From the NCBI GenBank assembly GCA_902786595.1, contig CADADB010000004.1:105162-169161 (forward strand): DNA of 64,000 nt, given 5' to 3'. This document shows, piece by piece, positions 1 to 8,158 of the stretch. The notes under the pieces are model-generated. The model saw nothing but the letters and a program-made list of their open reading frames with translations. It did no database searches and was not told the DNA's origin. Every line of letters begins with the position of its first letter. The first letter of the stretch is position 1. The DNA comes from an uncultured Bacteroidota bacterium (GTDB lineage: Bacteria; Bacteroidota; Bacteroidia; Bacteroidales; WCHB1-69). The translations under genes were made by a program, and so were the position numbers.

Positions 1-1
1 A

Positions 2-361
2 TGCGAAGAAGAAGACGCTCGTTATGAGGCCATCCAATGCGACGATGCTGAATACATCTTCGTGGCTTACGGCTCTGCTGCCCGTATCTGCATGAAGTCT
101 GTCGAGCTCGCACGCGCTGAAGGCATGAAGGTCGGTTTGATCCGCCCGATCACCCTGTGGCCTTTCCCGAAAAAAGCTGTTGCTGAAATCGGCGGCCGCA
201 TGAAGAAAATCCTGTGCGTAGAGATGAGCGCCGGTCAGATGATCGAAGACGTGAAACTGGCTGTCGATTGCAAAGTCCCCGTCGAGCACTACGGTCGTTA
301 CGGCGGTGTCATCCCGACCCCGGTTGAGATTTTCGAAGCGATGAAAAAAATGGTTAAATAA
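2..361 (+). CDS. 2-oxoacid:ferredoxin oxidoreductase alpha subunit (VorB/KorA-like), C-terminal part, truncated at window edge
   Basis: Frame is open from position 2 (CEEEDARYEAIQCDDAEYIFVAYGS). It has the KVGLIRPITLWPFP and VEMSAGQM motifs and is followed by beta and gamma subunits. Confidence 0.9.
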   Translation, partial: CEEEDARYEAIQCDDAEYIFVAYGSAARICMKSVELARAEGMKVGLIRPITLWPFPKKAVAEIGGRMKKILCVEMSAGQMIEDVKLAVDCKVPVEHYGRYGGVIPTPVEIFEAMKKMVK

Positions 362-378
362 TTTAAGCACTTGAAATT

Positions 379-1221
379 ATGACAAGAGAAGATATAATCA
401 AACCCGAAAATTTGGTGTACAAACGCACTCCGGTTCTCACGGATGCAACAATGCACTATTGTCCTGGTTGCGGTCACGGCGTCGTACACAGAATCATCGC
501 CGAGGTGATCGAGGAAATGGGCATTCAAGACAATGTCATCGGTATCTCCCCCGTGGGTTGTTCCGTGCTGGCATACAACTATTTCGACGTTGACTTCGTG
601 GAAGCCGCCCACGGTCGTGCTCCGGCCTGCGCCTCTGCCATCAAACGTCTCCGTCCCGAGACCTTCGTGTTCTCCTATCAGGGAGACGGCGACTTGGCCT
701 CCATCGGCTGCGGCGAGGTTGTCCATGCCTGCAACCGCGGTGAGAACATCACCATGATCTTCATCAACAACGGTATCTACGGTATGACTGGCGGTCAGAT
801 GGCTCCCACCACCCTTGAGGGTATGGAAACCGTGACCTGTCCTTACGGCCGTGATCCCAAGCTGATGGGTCACACCATGCGTCTGACCGAGATGCTGGCT
901 CAACTCCCTGGCACGTACTATGTCACCCGTCAGGCGGTTTACACCCCGGCAGCTGCCCGCAAGTGCAAGAAAGCCATCCGTCAGGCCTTCGAGAATCAGA
1001 AACTGAACAAGGGCGTCTCCTTCGTGGAAGTGACCTCCAACTGTAACTCCGGTTGGAAGATGACTCCCGTCCAAGCCAACAAGTGGATGGAAGAGAACAC
1101 GCTCAAATACTTCCCGCTCGGCGACATGAAAGTTGACGGCAAGTTCGATCCCAAGTTCATCGAGCGCGTCGGCACCTTCGACCAGCCCAACGAAACCATC
1201 TTTTCACTGAGAAAAAAATAA
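379..1221 (+). CDS. 2-oxoacid:ferredoxin oxidoreductase beta (TPP-binding) subunit
   Basis: YCPGCGH, GDGD...NN TPP-binding motif, YGMTGGQMAPT. Confidence 0.93.
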   Translation: MTREDIIKPENLVYKRTPVLTDATMHYCPGCGHGVVHRIIAEVIEEMGIQDNVIGISPVGCSVLAYNYFDVDFVEAAHGRAPACASAIKRLRPETFVFSYQGDGDLASIGCGEVVHACNRGENITMIFINNGIYGMTGGQMAPTTLEGMETVTCPYGRDPKLMGHTMRLTEMLAQLPGTYYVTRQAVYTPAAARKCKKAIRQAFENQKLNKGVSFVEVTSNCNSGWKMTPVQANKWMEENTLKYFPLGDMKVDGKFDPKFIERVGTFDQPNETIFSLRKK

Positions 1222-1240
1222 TCATTAAAATCCAAAAGAC

Positions 1241-1792
1241 ATGACTGAAGAAATCATTATAGCAGGCTTCGGCGGACAAGGTGTGCTCTCCATGGGTAAG
1301 ATCCTCGCATACGCCGGCATCATGCAAGACAAAGAAGTGAGCTGGTTGCCTTCCTACGGTCCTGAAATGCGCGGTGGTACCTCCAACGTCACCGTCATCC
1401 TCAGCGACGAGCGCATCTGCTCCCCCTATCTGAACCAGTTCGACACGGCCATCATCCTGAACCAACAGTCGATGGACAAGTTCGAATCCGCCGTGAAACC
1501 CGGAGGTCTTCTGATTTATGACCCGAACGGCATCACGCATCATCCAACCCGCAAGGACATCAACATCTACCAAGTCGCCGCTGCCGACAAGGCCAGCGAA
1601 CTCGGTATCTCCAAACTGTTCAACATGATCGTGCTGGGCGGTTTCCTGAAGGTGAAACCTCTCGTCACCCCTGAAATGTTGCACAAAGGTCTGGAGAAAT
1701 CCCTGCCTGAGCGCCACCACCACCTCATCCCCAAGAACGAGGAAGCTGTGGAAATCGGCAAGGGTCTGTTGACTCCGTACCACACGTTGTAA
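1241..1792 (+). CDS. 2-oxoacid:ferredoxin oxidoreductase gamma subunit
   Basis: IAGFGGQG and SYGPEMRGG motifs; operon context. Confidence 0.93.
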   Translation: MTEEIIIAGFGGQGVLSMGKILAYAGIMQDKEVSWLPSYGPEMRGGTSNVTVILSDERICSPYLNQFDTAIILNQQSMDKFESAVKPGGLLIYDPNGITHHPTRKDINIYQVAAADKASELGISKLFNMIVLGGFLKVKPLVTPEMLHKGLEKSLPERHHHLIPKNEEAVEIGKGLLTPYHTL

Positions 1793-1798
1793 TCGCCT

Positions 1799-1826
1799 GT
1801 AGAGACGTGCCATGGCGCGTCTCTAC
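1799..1826. repeat. 28-nt GTAG-type REP palindrome (copy 1)
   Basis: GTAGAGACGTGCCATGGCGCGTCTCTAC, identical to 47534-47561. Confidence 0.85.
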
Positions 1827-1834
1827 AATATTAT

Positions 1835-1864
1835 AAAAGGACGGTCAGATGGCCGTCCTTTTTT
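1835..1864 (+). terminator. Rho-independent terminator of the oxidoreductase operon
   Basis: AAAAGGACGGTC-AGAT-GGCCGTCCTTTTTT hairpin with T-tract. Confidence 0.8.
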
Positions 1865-2028
1865 CACGTTTATGGAAATAAAACGGAAAAATATTCCGAC
1901 ATATTTCCCAAAAATGACGGTCCCGATCTTTCATCACATGACGCAATTTTTCATAATAAACTGAAAACTAATAAATTAAAATAAAAATAAATAATTCTGC
2001 ATCATTGCCGACACAACAAAAAAAATAG

Positions 2029-2036
2029 TATCTTTG
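2029..2036 (+). promoter_or_regulatory. Bacteroidetes sigma-A -7 element upstream of tRNA-Pro
   Basis: TATCTTTG matches TAnnTTTG. Equivalent motifs occur at 2304, 5996, 10845, 21329, 23373, 25197, 41109, 49833, 54294, 58100 and 63951. Confidence 0.7.
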
Positions 2037-2051
2037 CCGCCGTAAATGACT

Positions 2052-2125
2052 CGGGGTGTGGCGCAGTTGGCTAGCGCACTTGCATGGGGTGCAAGGGGTC
2101 GGAAGTTCGAGTCTTCTCACCCCGA
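2052..2125 (+). tRNA. tRNA-Pro (GGG)
   Basis: Acceptor stem CGGGGTG/CACCCCG, anticodon arm CTTGC-ATGGGGT-GCAAG, T-loop GTTCGAG; CCA not encoded. Confidence 0.93.
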
Positions 2126-2143
2126 CGAATCAAACGGAAAAAC

Positions 2144-2174
2144 GGCTGTGATGAAAGTCACGGCCATTTTTTTT
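2144..2174 (+). terminator. Terminator after tRNA-Pro
   Basis: GGCTGTGA-TGAAAG-TCACGGCC followed by a T-tract. Confidence 0.65.
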
Positions 2175-2210
2175 GTTCAAAAGTTCAAGGTTAGAAGATT
2201 AGTGGTCAAA

Positions 2211-2232
2211 AGTTATAGTTATAGTTATAGTC
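2211..2232. repeat. Hexamer tandem repeat (AGTTAT)n
   Basis: AGTTATAGTTATAGTTATAGTC; reverse-complement-like arrays near 25104 and 32549. Confidence 0.7.
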
Positions 2233-2349
2233 ATTAGTCTTTGTCTTTCGATATAAAGTGACAAAAAATAAACTTTTGATGCCTATTATTTTAGAATATT
2301 GTGTACCTTTGCGCCCTCAAAAATTGTATTCACAAAAAAATAGATAACG

Positions 2350-3303
2350 ATGAAGAAAATACTGGTCATTGGAGCATGCGGACAGATTGGTTCCGAGTTA
2401 ACCCCCGCATTGCGTGCAGTTTATGGAACGGACAACGTGGTTGCCGCCGATATGGTTTACCCCCTGAAAGGCGATTTGGCCGACGCCGGTCCATCCTGCA
2501 AAATTGACGCCACCAACGCGCAAGACATCGCCGACGCGGTGAAAAAATACAACATCGACGCGATTTACAATCTCGCCGCCATCCTCTCCGCAAAGGCAGA
2601 GGCCAACCCGATGTTGGGCTGGAACGTAGGCGTGGGCGCGCTCATCAACTGTCTGGAAGTTTCCCGCGAAATGGGTTGCTCCCTCTTTACCCCCAGCTCC
2701 ATCGGCGCTTTCGGTCCCGATACGCCGCAAGACATGACCCCACAGGACACCATCCAACGTCCTAAGACGATCTACGGTGTCACCAAGGTCACTGGTGAGC
2801 TGCTCAGTGACTACTATTTCAAACGCTTCGGCGTGGATACCCGTTCGGTGCGTTTCCCCGGCCTCATCTCCAACGTGACGCTCCCCGGCGGCGGCACCAC
2901 CGACTACGCTGTGGAAATCTACTACGCCGCCGTGAAGGGCGAGAAATTCATCTGCCCCATCGCGAAAGGCACCTTCATGGACATGATGTACATGCCCGAT
3001 GCTCTGAAAGCCGCCATGGACCTCATGGAAGCCGATCCGAGCAAGTTGGTTCACCGTAACTCCTTCAACATCACGGCTATGAGCTTCGAACCGGAAATGA
3101 TTTTCAACGAAATCAAGAAGCATATTCCCGACTTCCAGATGGAGTACCAATACGACGAGCTGCGCCAGACCATCGCCGACTCCTGGCCGAACCAGATGGA
3201 CGACCACTGCGCCCGCGAGGAATGGGGCTTCAAACCGCAATATGACCTCGCCTCTATGACCGTTGATATGATCAAGGTACTCAAGGCTAAATATCAGAAA
3301 TAG
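2350..3303 (+). CDS. L-threonine 3-dehydrogenase (SDR/NAD-dependent epimerase family)
   Basis: GACGQIG Rossmann motif, YGVTK catalytic YxxxK, and PGGGTTDYA signature of SDR-type TDH. Confidence 0.88.
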   Translation: MKKILVIGACGQIGSELTPALRAVYGTDNVVAADMVYPLKGDLADAGPSCKIDATNAQDIADAVKKYNIDAIYNLAAILSAKAEANPMLGWNVGVGALINCLEVSREMGCSLFTPSSIGAFGPDTPQDMTPQDTIQRPKTIYGVTKVTGELLSDYYFKRFGVDTRSVRFPGLISNVTLPGGGTTDYAVEIYYAAVKGEKFICPIAKGTFMDMMYMPDALKAAMDLMEADPSKLVHRNSFNITAMSFEPEMIFNEIKKHIPDFQMEYQYDELRQTIADSWPNQMDDHCAREEWGFKPQYDLASMTVDMIKVLKAKYQK

Positions 3304-3335
3304 AAATTTTTAGGTAAAATCAATTCATTATCAAT

Positions 3336-4574
3336 ATGGCAAGCAGAAGAAAAGAACTTTTCCCCAACGTTACCGACGCTGAATGGAACGATTGGAGATG
3401 GCAAGTCCGCAACAGAGTGGAAACACTCGAAGAACTGAAGAAATACATCGAGTTGACCCCGGCTGAGGAAGAGGGCGTGAAGAAGTCCCTCGCCACCCTC
3501 CGTATGGCTATCACCCCGTATTATCTGAGTCTTATCGACCCGAACAATCCGAAGTGCCCGATCCGCCGCCAGGCCATCCCGACTGCCGCCGAGGTGCACC
3601 AGTCGCCGGCCGACCTGCTCGACCCGCTGCACGAGGATGAGGACTCCCCGGTTCCCGGCCTCACCCACCGCTATCCAGACAGAGTGCTGTTCCTCATCAC
3701 CGACATGTGCTCGATGTACTGCCGTCACTGCACCCGCAGACGTTTCGCTGGCCAGCACGACTGCGAATCCACGCAGGACCGCATCCAGGCCGCCATCGAC
3801 TACATCGCCCGCACCCCGCAAGTGCGCGACGTCCTGCTTTCCGGCGGTGACGCTTTGATGGTGGGCGACAAGATGCTCGAATCCATCATCCAACGCCTGC
3901 GCGCCATCCCGCATGTGGAGATCATCCGTCTCGGCTCCCGTACCCCTGTGGTCTGCCCGCAGCGCATCACCGACGACCTCGTCAACATGCTCAAGAAATA
4001 CCACCCGATTTGGCTCAACACCCACTTCAACCACCCGAACGAGGTGACCGAAGAGGCGATGGCCGCTTGCGCCAAACTGGCCGATGCCGGTGTGCCGCTC
4101 GGCAACCAAACCGTGCTGTTGCGCGGCGTGAACGACGACACCGAAATCATGAAGCAGCTCGTGCACGACCTCGTGCGCATGCGCGTACGTCCGTACTACA
4201 TCTACCAATGCGACCTCTCCATGGGTCTGGAGCATTTCCGCACGCCCGTCTCCAAGGGTATCGAGATCATCGAGAACCTGCGCGGACACACCTCCGGCTA
4301 CTGCGTGCCGACCTTCGTGGTGGACGCTCCTGGCGGTGGCGGCAAGATTCCCGTGATGCCTCAGTACGTCATCTCCCAGAGCCCGCACAAGGTAATCCTG
4401 CGCAACTACGAAGGCGTCATCACCACCTACACCGAGCCTGAGGACTATCAGGAGAACACCTGCAGCCCGCTGCCCGACAAGAAGCACGTCGAAGGCGTGG
4501 CCTCCCTTCTCCACGGCGAACAGATGGCGTTGGAGCCCAACGAGCTGGCGAGAAAGAAACGCCACAAAAAATAA
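3336..4574 (+). CDS. kamA: Lysine 2,3-aminomutase (radical SAM, PLP)
   Basis: WNDWRWQ, THRYPDR, CSMYCRHC radical-SAM motif, DAPGGGGKIP PLP lysine. Confidence 0.95.
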   Translation: MASRRKELFPNVTDAEWNDWRWQVRNRVETLEELKKYIELTPAEEEGVKKSLATLRMAITPYYLSLIDPNNPKCPIRRQAIPTAAEVHQSPADLLDPLHEDEDSPVPGLTHRYPDRVLFLITDMCSMYCRHCTRRRFAGQHDCESTQDRIQAAIDYIARTPQVRDVLLSGGDALMVGDKMLESIIQRLRAIPHVEIIRLGSRTPVVCPQRITDDLVNMLKKYHPIWLNTHFNHPNEVTEEAMAACAKLADAGVPLGNQTVLLRGVNDDTEIMKQLVHDLVRMRVRPYYIYQCDLSMGLEHFRTPVSKGIEIIENLRGHTSGYCVPTFVVDAPGGGGKIPVMPQYVISQSPHKVILRNYEGVITTYTEPEDYQENTCSPLPDKKHVEGVASLLHGEQMALEPNELARKKRHKK

Positions 4575-4589
4575 AAAACATCCGGCATG

Positions 4590-4617
4590 GTAGAGACGCA
4601 AATTTTTGCGTCTCTAC
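4590..4617. repeat. 28-nt GTAG-type REP palindrome (copy 2, variant core)
   Basis: GTAGAGACG-CAAATTTTTG-CGTCTCTAC. Confidence 0.85.
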
Positions 4618-4628
4618 AGAGACCAAAC

Positions 4629-4664
4629 GAGGTACGGTAACGAATTGCCGTACCTCATTTTTTT
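4629..4664 (+). terminator. Terminator after kamA
   Basis: GAGGTACGGTAA-CGAA-TTGCCGTACCTC plus T-tract. Confidence 0.8.
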
Positions 4665-4725
4665 AGTACACGGGCTAAGAATCTGACACCCTTGCCGTAT
4701 GGTTTGGTGGTTTTCCAAAAGAAAT

Positions 4726-5730
4726 TTATTTCATCTGGAATGTCACCGGAATCTGCGAAAAGGATCTGACAGGCACACCTTTATTCCTTGCGGGGATCCA
4801 CTTTGGCATAGAAGAGATGACTCGTAAGACCTCTTCGTCGCACGGAGGGAACAATGGGGTTTTGATTGTCGCATTGCTGATGCTCCCGTCTCTCTCTACC
4901 ACAAACTCCACCACAACAGTCCCGCTCACGCCGTGTGCCTTTGCCACTTCCGGGTACTTCACTTCTTTGGCCAGATAGGCATTCAATACTTCCTGTCCAC
5001 CTGGAAATTCGGGCATCTGTTCCGCAAAATCAACAAGATTTTCATCATCGTCAGCTGTTTCCTCTGTTTCTTCATCACGAATGACAACCGTAAAGCCTTT
5101 CAGTACGCGCGTGCCCACAACTGATGCGACTACCACATTGTCAAAAACGACCGTGGAATGTCCCGGCAAATCACGGATAAGTGCTTGCAATTTTTCCGTC
5201 AGCATATCGCCATAACAGACCTCATTGGCAACCACTTTCCCGTCACGTATCACGATTGCGCGGAAATTGAGGACTTCCCATTTGATGTCATACGGAAAAT
5301 TCTCCTCCATTGTCGCCCGAATTTTCGGGTAAAACAAAAGATCGCCACGATTTTGATAGCCGCATCTCACACGGGGGCCAAGAACGAGATGTGGATCGGG
5401 TACTTTATAAACAAAAAAGGAGGAACTTCCTATCTCCGTCTCTGTTTTCGAAGACTTTTTCATTACGGAAATCCTGACCTTCTTGCCAACCATCGAATCA
5501 GGAACGGTCAAGTAGGAGTCTTTGATAACGCCATGGGATGTGGCAAGCGAAACATCCTTAGGTTCACCATCAGTTATGATGTTTAAAGGCACAGGGATTC
5601 CAGCATAGACGCCCGTTTGCTTCTTAGTCTGAACAAACCCATAATGCTGGGCCTCGGCAGATCCGAATCCGAGCATAACGATAAATGAAATCAAAAAAAA
5701 GGTCACAAACGGGATAGCATTTTTTCTCAT
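4726..5730 (-). CDS. Exported protein: GldM/PorM C-terminal-like region fused to a TonB C-terminal domain
   Basis: Hydrophobic N-terminus from MRKNAIPF. VYAGIPVPL...FFVYKVPDP...FPYDIKWEVLNF...VVFDNVVV resembles GldM domains 3-4. EQMPEFPGG...YPEVAK..GVSGTVVVEFVVERDGSI is TonB_C. Start placed at 5730 rather than 5811. Confidence 0.7.
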   Translation of the reverse strand: MRKNAIPFVTFFLISFIVMLGFGSAEAQHYGFVQTKKQTGVYAGIPVPLNIITDGEPKDVSLATSHGVIKDSYLTVPDSMVGKKVRISVMKKSSKTETEIGSSSFFVYKVPDPHLVLGPRVRCGYQNRGDLLFYPKIRATMEENFPYDIKWEVLNFRAIVIRDGKVVANEVCYGDMLTEKLQALIRDLPGHSTVVFDNVVVASVVGTRVLKGFTVVIRDEETEETADDDENLVDFAEQMPEFPGGQEVLNAYLAKEVKYPEVAKAHGVSGTVVVEFVVERDGSISNATIKTPLFPPCDEEVLRVISSMPKWIPARNKGVPVRSFSQIPVTFQMK

Positions 5731-5968
5731 AAAAGTCCTCTTGTCTATTTTTACAATTTTTACGATGGTCTCCAAAACATTCTTTTTCGTATTGCCGTTA
5801 CCATAATGCAAAGTTCGTAAAACACTATGGCAGAACAGCGCTGCAAAAATAACAAAATATTAATTGTATGCATCCGCACAGATATATCCGCGATTTTCGC
5901 GTATCCAGAGAAAAAAATGTTCACTGATCACTTTCACATTTCACTAAAAAATGCAAATATGATTTTTT

Positions 5969-5988
5969 TGTCAACCCATTAGTTGACA
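5969..5988. promoter_or_regulatory. Palindromic operator upstream of the HTH antitoxin gene
   Basis: TGTCAAC-N6-GTTGACA just upstream of TATTTTTG (5996-6003). Confidence 0.55.
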
Positions 5989-6019
5989 TTTTTTGTATTT
6001 TTGCACGTTCGTTATTATA

Positions 6020-6586
6020 GTGACTGTTTTGAAACAAAGTGCAGGGCAATATATCAGCAAATTGATGGTTAGAGACCATTACAACCAGTCGGCGTTGGCA
6101 AGGGAATTGGGTATCTCACGTCAGATGCTGAGCTATATTGTGCTTGACCAAAGAGAAATAACGCTTCCATTGTCCCTGAAAATCGAATCTCTGTTTGCTC
6201 TTCCCGAAGGCAAAATCCTGAAAATCCAGAACGAATACAAAATCCGGCAATACAAGGAGAGTCTCAGACGAGAGTTGTTCGAGAGACTGGAGCAGGCACA
6301 CGCTTTCTGGTCTTACGACAATGTCACGGCAAACAATCTGCCTGATGAATTGCTTATCGAAAAAGTGTTTGTGCATCTCGACATGGATGATATCGCAAAG
6401 TTATTCGAACTTTTCCCTAAAAAATACATTCAAAAAGTATGGCGTGAGAATATGGCCGTCCAAGGGGAGTACCTTTTCGACCTGAATGTGATGATCGCGC
6501 TCGTCTTCTTCCACATCAAAAAACCTGAAGCGTTCCTCCAACGCCAGGAAATGTCACATCTGAAAAAAATAACTCACTATGCGTAA
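6020..6586 (+). CDS. HigA/XRE-like HTH protein fused to a DUF6922-like domain; probable antitoxin
   Basis: NQSALARELGISRQMLSYI HTH; C-terminal AFWSYD...LLIEKV domain; overlaps the downstream nucleotidyltransferase. GTG start is inferred from promoter position. Confidence 0.7.
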   Translation: MTVLKQSAGQYISKLMVRDHYNQSALARELGISRQMLSYIVLDQREITLPLSLKIESLFALPEGKILKIQNEYKIRQYKESLRRELFERLEQAHAFWSYDNVTANNLPDELLIEKVFVHLDMDDIAKLFELFPKKYIQKVWRENMAVQGEYLFDLNVMIALVFFHIKKPEAFLQRQEMSHLKKITHYA

Positions 6587-7223
6587 AGGATTAACCCCGA
6601 ACATTGAAGCCATCATCGACAACATGTCACAACTGGAATGTATCAAACCCTACACTTTGTGCGGCGGTACGGCTTTAGCCATACAGCTGGGCCACCGAAT
6701 GAGTGAGGATTTGGATTTTATGCTGTGGCGAATCTCCAAAGCGGAGAAGCCCGAGGTGGACTGGCCTACGATTGAGAAAGAGATCCAAGAAAAGGTTGGC
6801 GAAATACAACATCGTGACATCCTCGGTTTTGACCAAGTCGCTTTTGTGGTCAATGGGGTGAAACTCTCTTTTTTTGTAAGCAACAATTATTCCCCTGTCA
6901 ACCAAAGAATTGAATATCAAGGAAATATATATTTAGCCGATATCGCTTCTATACTTGCCATGAAGCTGGAGGTGATGCTGCGCAGGCTTAAATACAGAGA
7001 CTACTATGATATTTACTCTATTGTGAAAGCCGGGCACTCCCTACGTGACGGTATCGAAGCGGCTGTGAATTATTCCGGACATAAACTCTCTTCCAAGTCC
7101 TTGATGATAATGCTCTCGACCAACCGGATTCCTTTTGACAACGGCTTCTCGCAAATGAGTCCGATATATGATGTCTCTACAGAGTCGATGCGTGAATTTC
7201 TGGTACAACATTTTAACGGGTGA
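6579..7223 (+). CDS. Nucleotidyltransferase, AbiEii/AbiGii toxin family
   Basis: LCGGTALAIQLGHRMSEDLDF motif, MKL...R...RDYYD. Confidence 0.88.
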   Translation: MRKGLTPNIEAIIDNMSQLECIKPYTLCGGTALAIQLGHRMSEDLDFMLWRISKAEKPEVDWPTIEKEIQEKVGEIQHRDILGFDQVAFVVNGVKLSFFVSNNYSPVNQRIEYQGNIYLADIASILAMKLEVMLRRLKYRDYYDIYSIVKAGHSLRDGIEAAVNYSGHKLSSKSLMIMLSTNRIPFDNGFSQMSPIYDVSTESMREFLVQHFNG

Positions 7224-7254
7224 GGATCTAAACCAACCGACTTAAACCATCGTC

Positions 7255-7536
7255 ATGAGCAAGAAGGAATTTATCTGTCCCGTTTGCGGATATGATCGTT
7301 TACCGGAGCCTCCGCACGACGAGCAAGGTTGCCCGACATACGTTATTTGTCCGTGCTGCGGTTTCGAGTTCGGTTTCGACGACGATTCTGAAGGACACAC
7401 CTATTCCACCTACCGGCAACATTGGATTGACCAAGGTTTTCCATTTTTCAATGCCAAGAAACGGCCTGCCAACTGGAATATTCGCACGATGAAACGGCAG
7501 CTGGAGAACACCGAGAACGGAAATCTCCATAATTGA
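7255..7536 (+). CDS. Small cysteine-rich protein (CPxCG...CPCCG), function unknown
   Basis: ICPVCGY and ICPCCGFEFGFDD zinc-ribbon-like motifs. Confidence 0.7.
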   Translation: MSKKEFICPVCGYDRLPEPPHDEQGCPTYVICPCCGFEFGFDDDSEGHTYSTYRQHWIDQGFPFFNAKKRPANWNIRTMKRQLENTENGNLHN

Positions 7537-7568
7537 CAAGCGGCATCCATATAATCTGCGGCAACCTG

Positions 7569-7633
7569 ATCTCCGCGAATCGCGCGGATCACGAGGAAAA
7601 ATTTTACGTGAGATCCGCGCGATACGCGGAGAT
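7569..7633. repeat. Long imperfect inverted repeat downstream of the GxxExxY gene
   Basis: ATCTCCGCG-A-ATCGCGCGGATC ... GATCCGCGCGAT-A-CGCGGAGAT, followed by two ATCATCCGTGGA units. Confidence 0.75.
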
Positions 7634-7662
7634 ATCATCCGTGGAGACATCATCCGTGGAAA

Positions 7663-8055
7663 TCACGTCCTGCTCCTCAGTACTTTATAGCCGTCTTTGA
7701 AATCCCCCACGTCAAAATTAATGAGCAACCCGGTCGATTTGCCCAACAACTTCATGTAGGTTCTTGTTTGTTTGAAATGCACAGGCATCAAGCGCTCAAC
7801 AGCTTTCAGCTCAACCAAAACGGAATCTTCCACCAATAAATCAACCCGAAGGTCATCGGAAACGCAACATCCTTTGTACATCACAGGCACTGGCACTTGA
7901 GTCTTTACCGACAACCCCCTCAACCTCAGCTCGTGAATCATGGCTTTCCCATAAACACTTTCCAGAAGGCCTGGACCAAGATGGTTGTACACCTCCATGG
8001 AACCACCAATAATTTCGTAAATCACTTCGTCTTCAAAAAATATTTTATTTGTCAT
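7663..8055 (-). CDS. GxxExxY protein (PD-(D/E)XK nuclease fold)
   Basis: LGPGLLESVY motif, RVDLLVE...VELKAV, GLLINF. Confidence 0.92.
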   Translation of the reverse strand: MTNKIFFEDEVIYEIIGGSMEVYNHLGPGLLESVYGKAMIHELRLRGLSVKTQVPVPVMYKGCCVSDDLRVDLLVEDSVLVELKAVERLMPVHFKQTRTYMKLLGKSTGLLINFDVGDFKDGYKVLRSRT

Positions 8056-8158
8056 ATTTTAATATTTTGTAAAATATCACAACGAAACAATTTTACGATT
8101 ATTGTGTGCTCCGAAAAAAACCGTGCAACACCACGTAATCCGTGGAGACATATCGTGG

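Noticed and set aside
2046-2237. 63-aa ORF over tRNA-Pro
   Set aside because: It overlaps the tRNA, its terminator and a hexamer repeat (SYSYSY); spurious.
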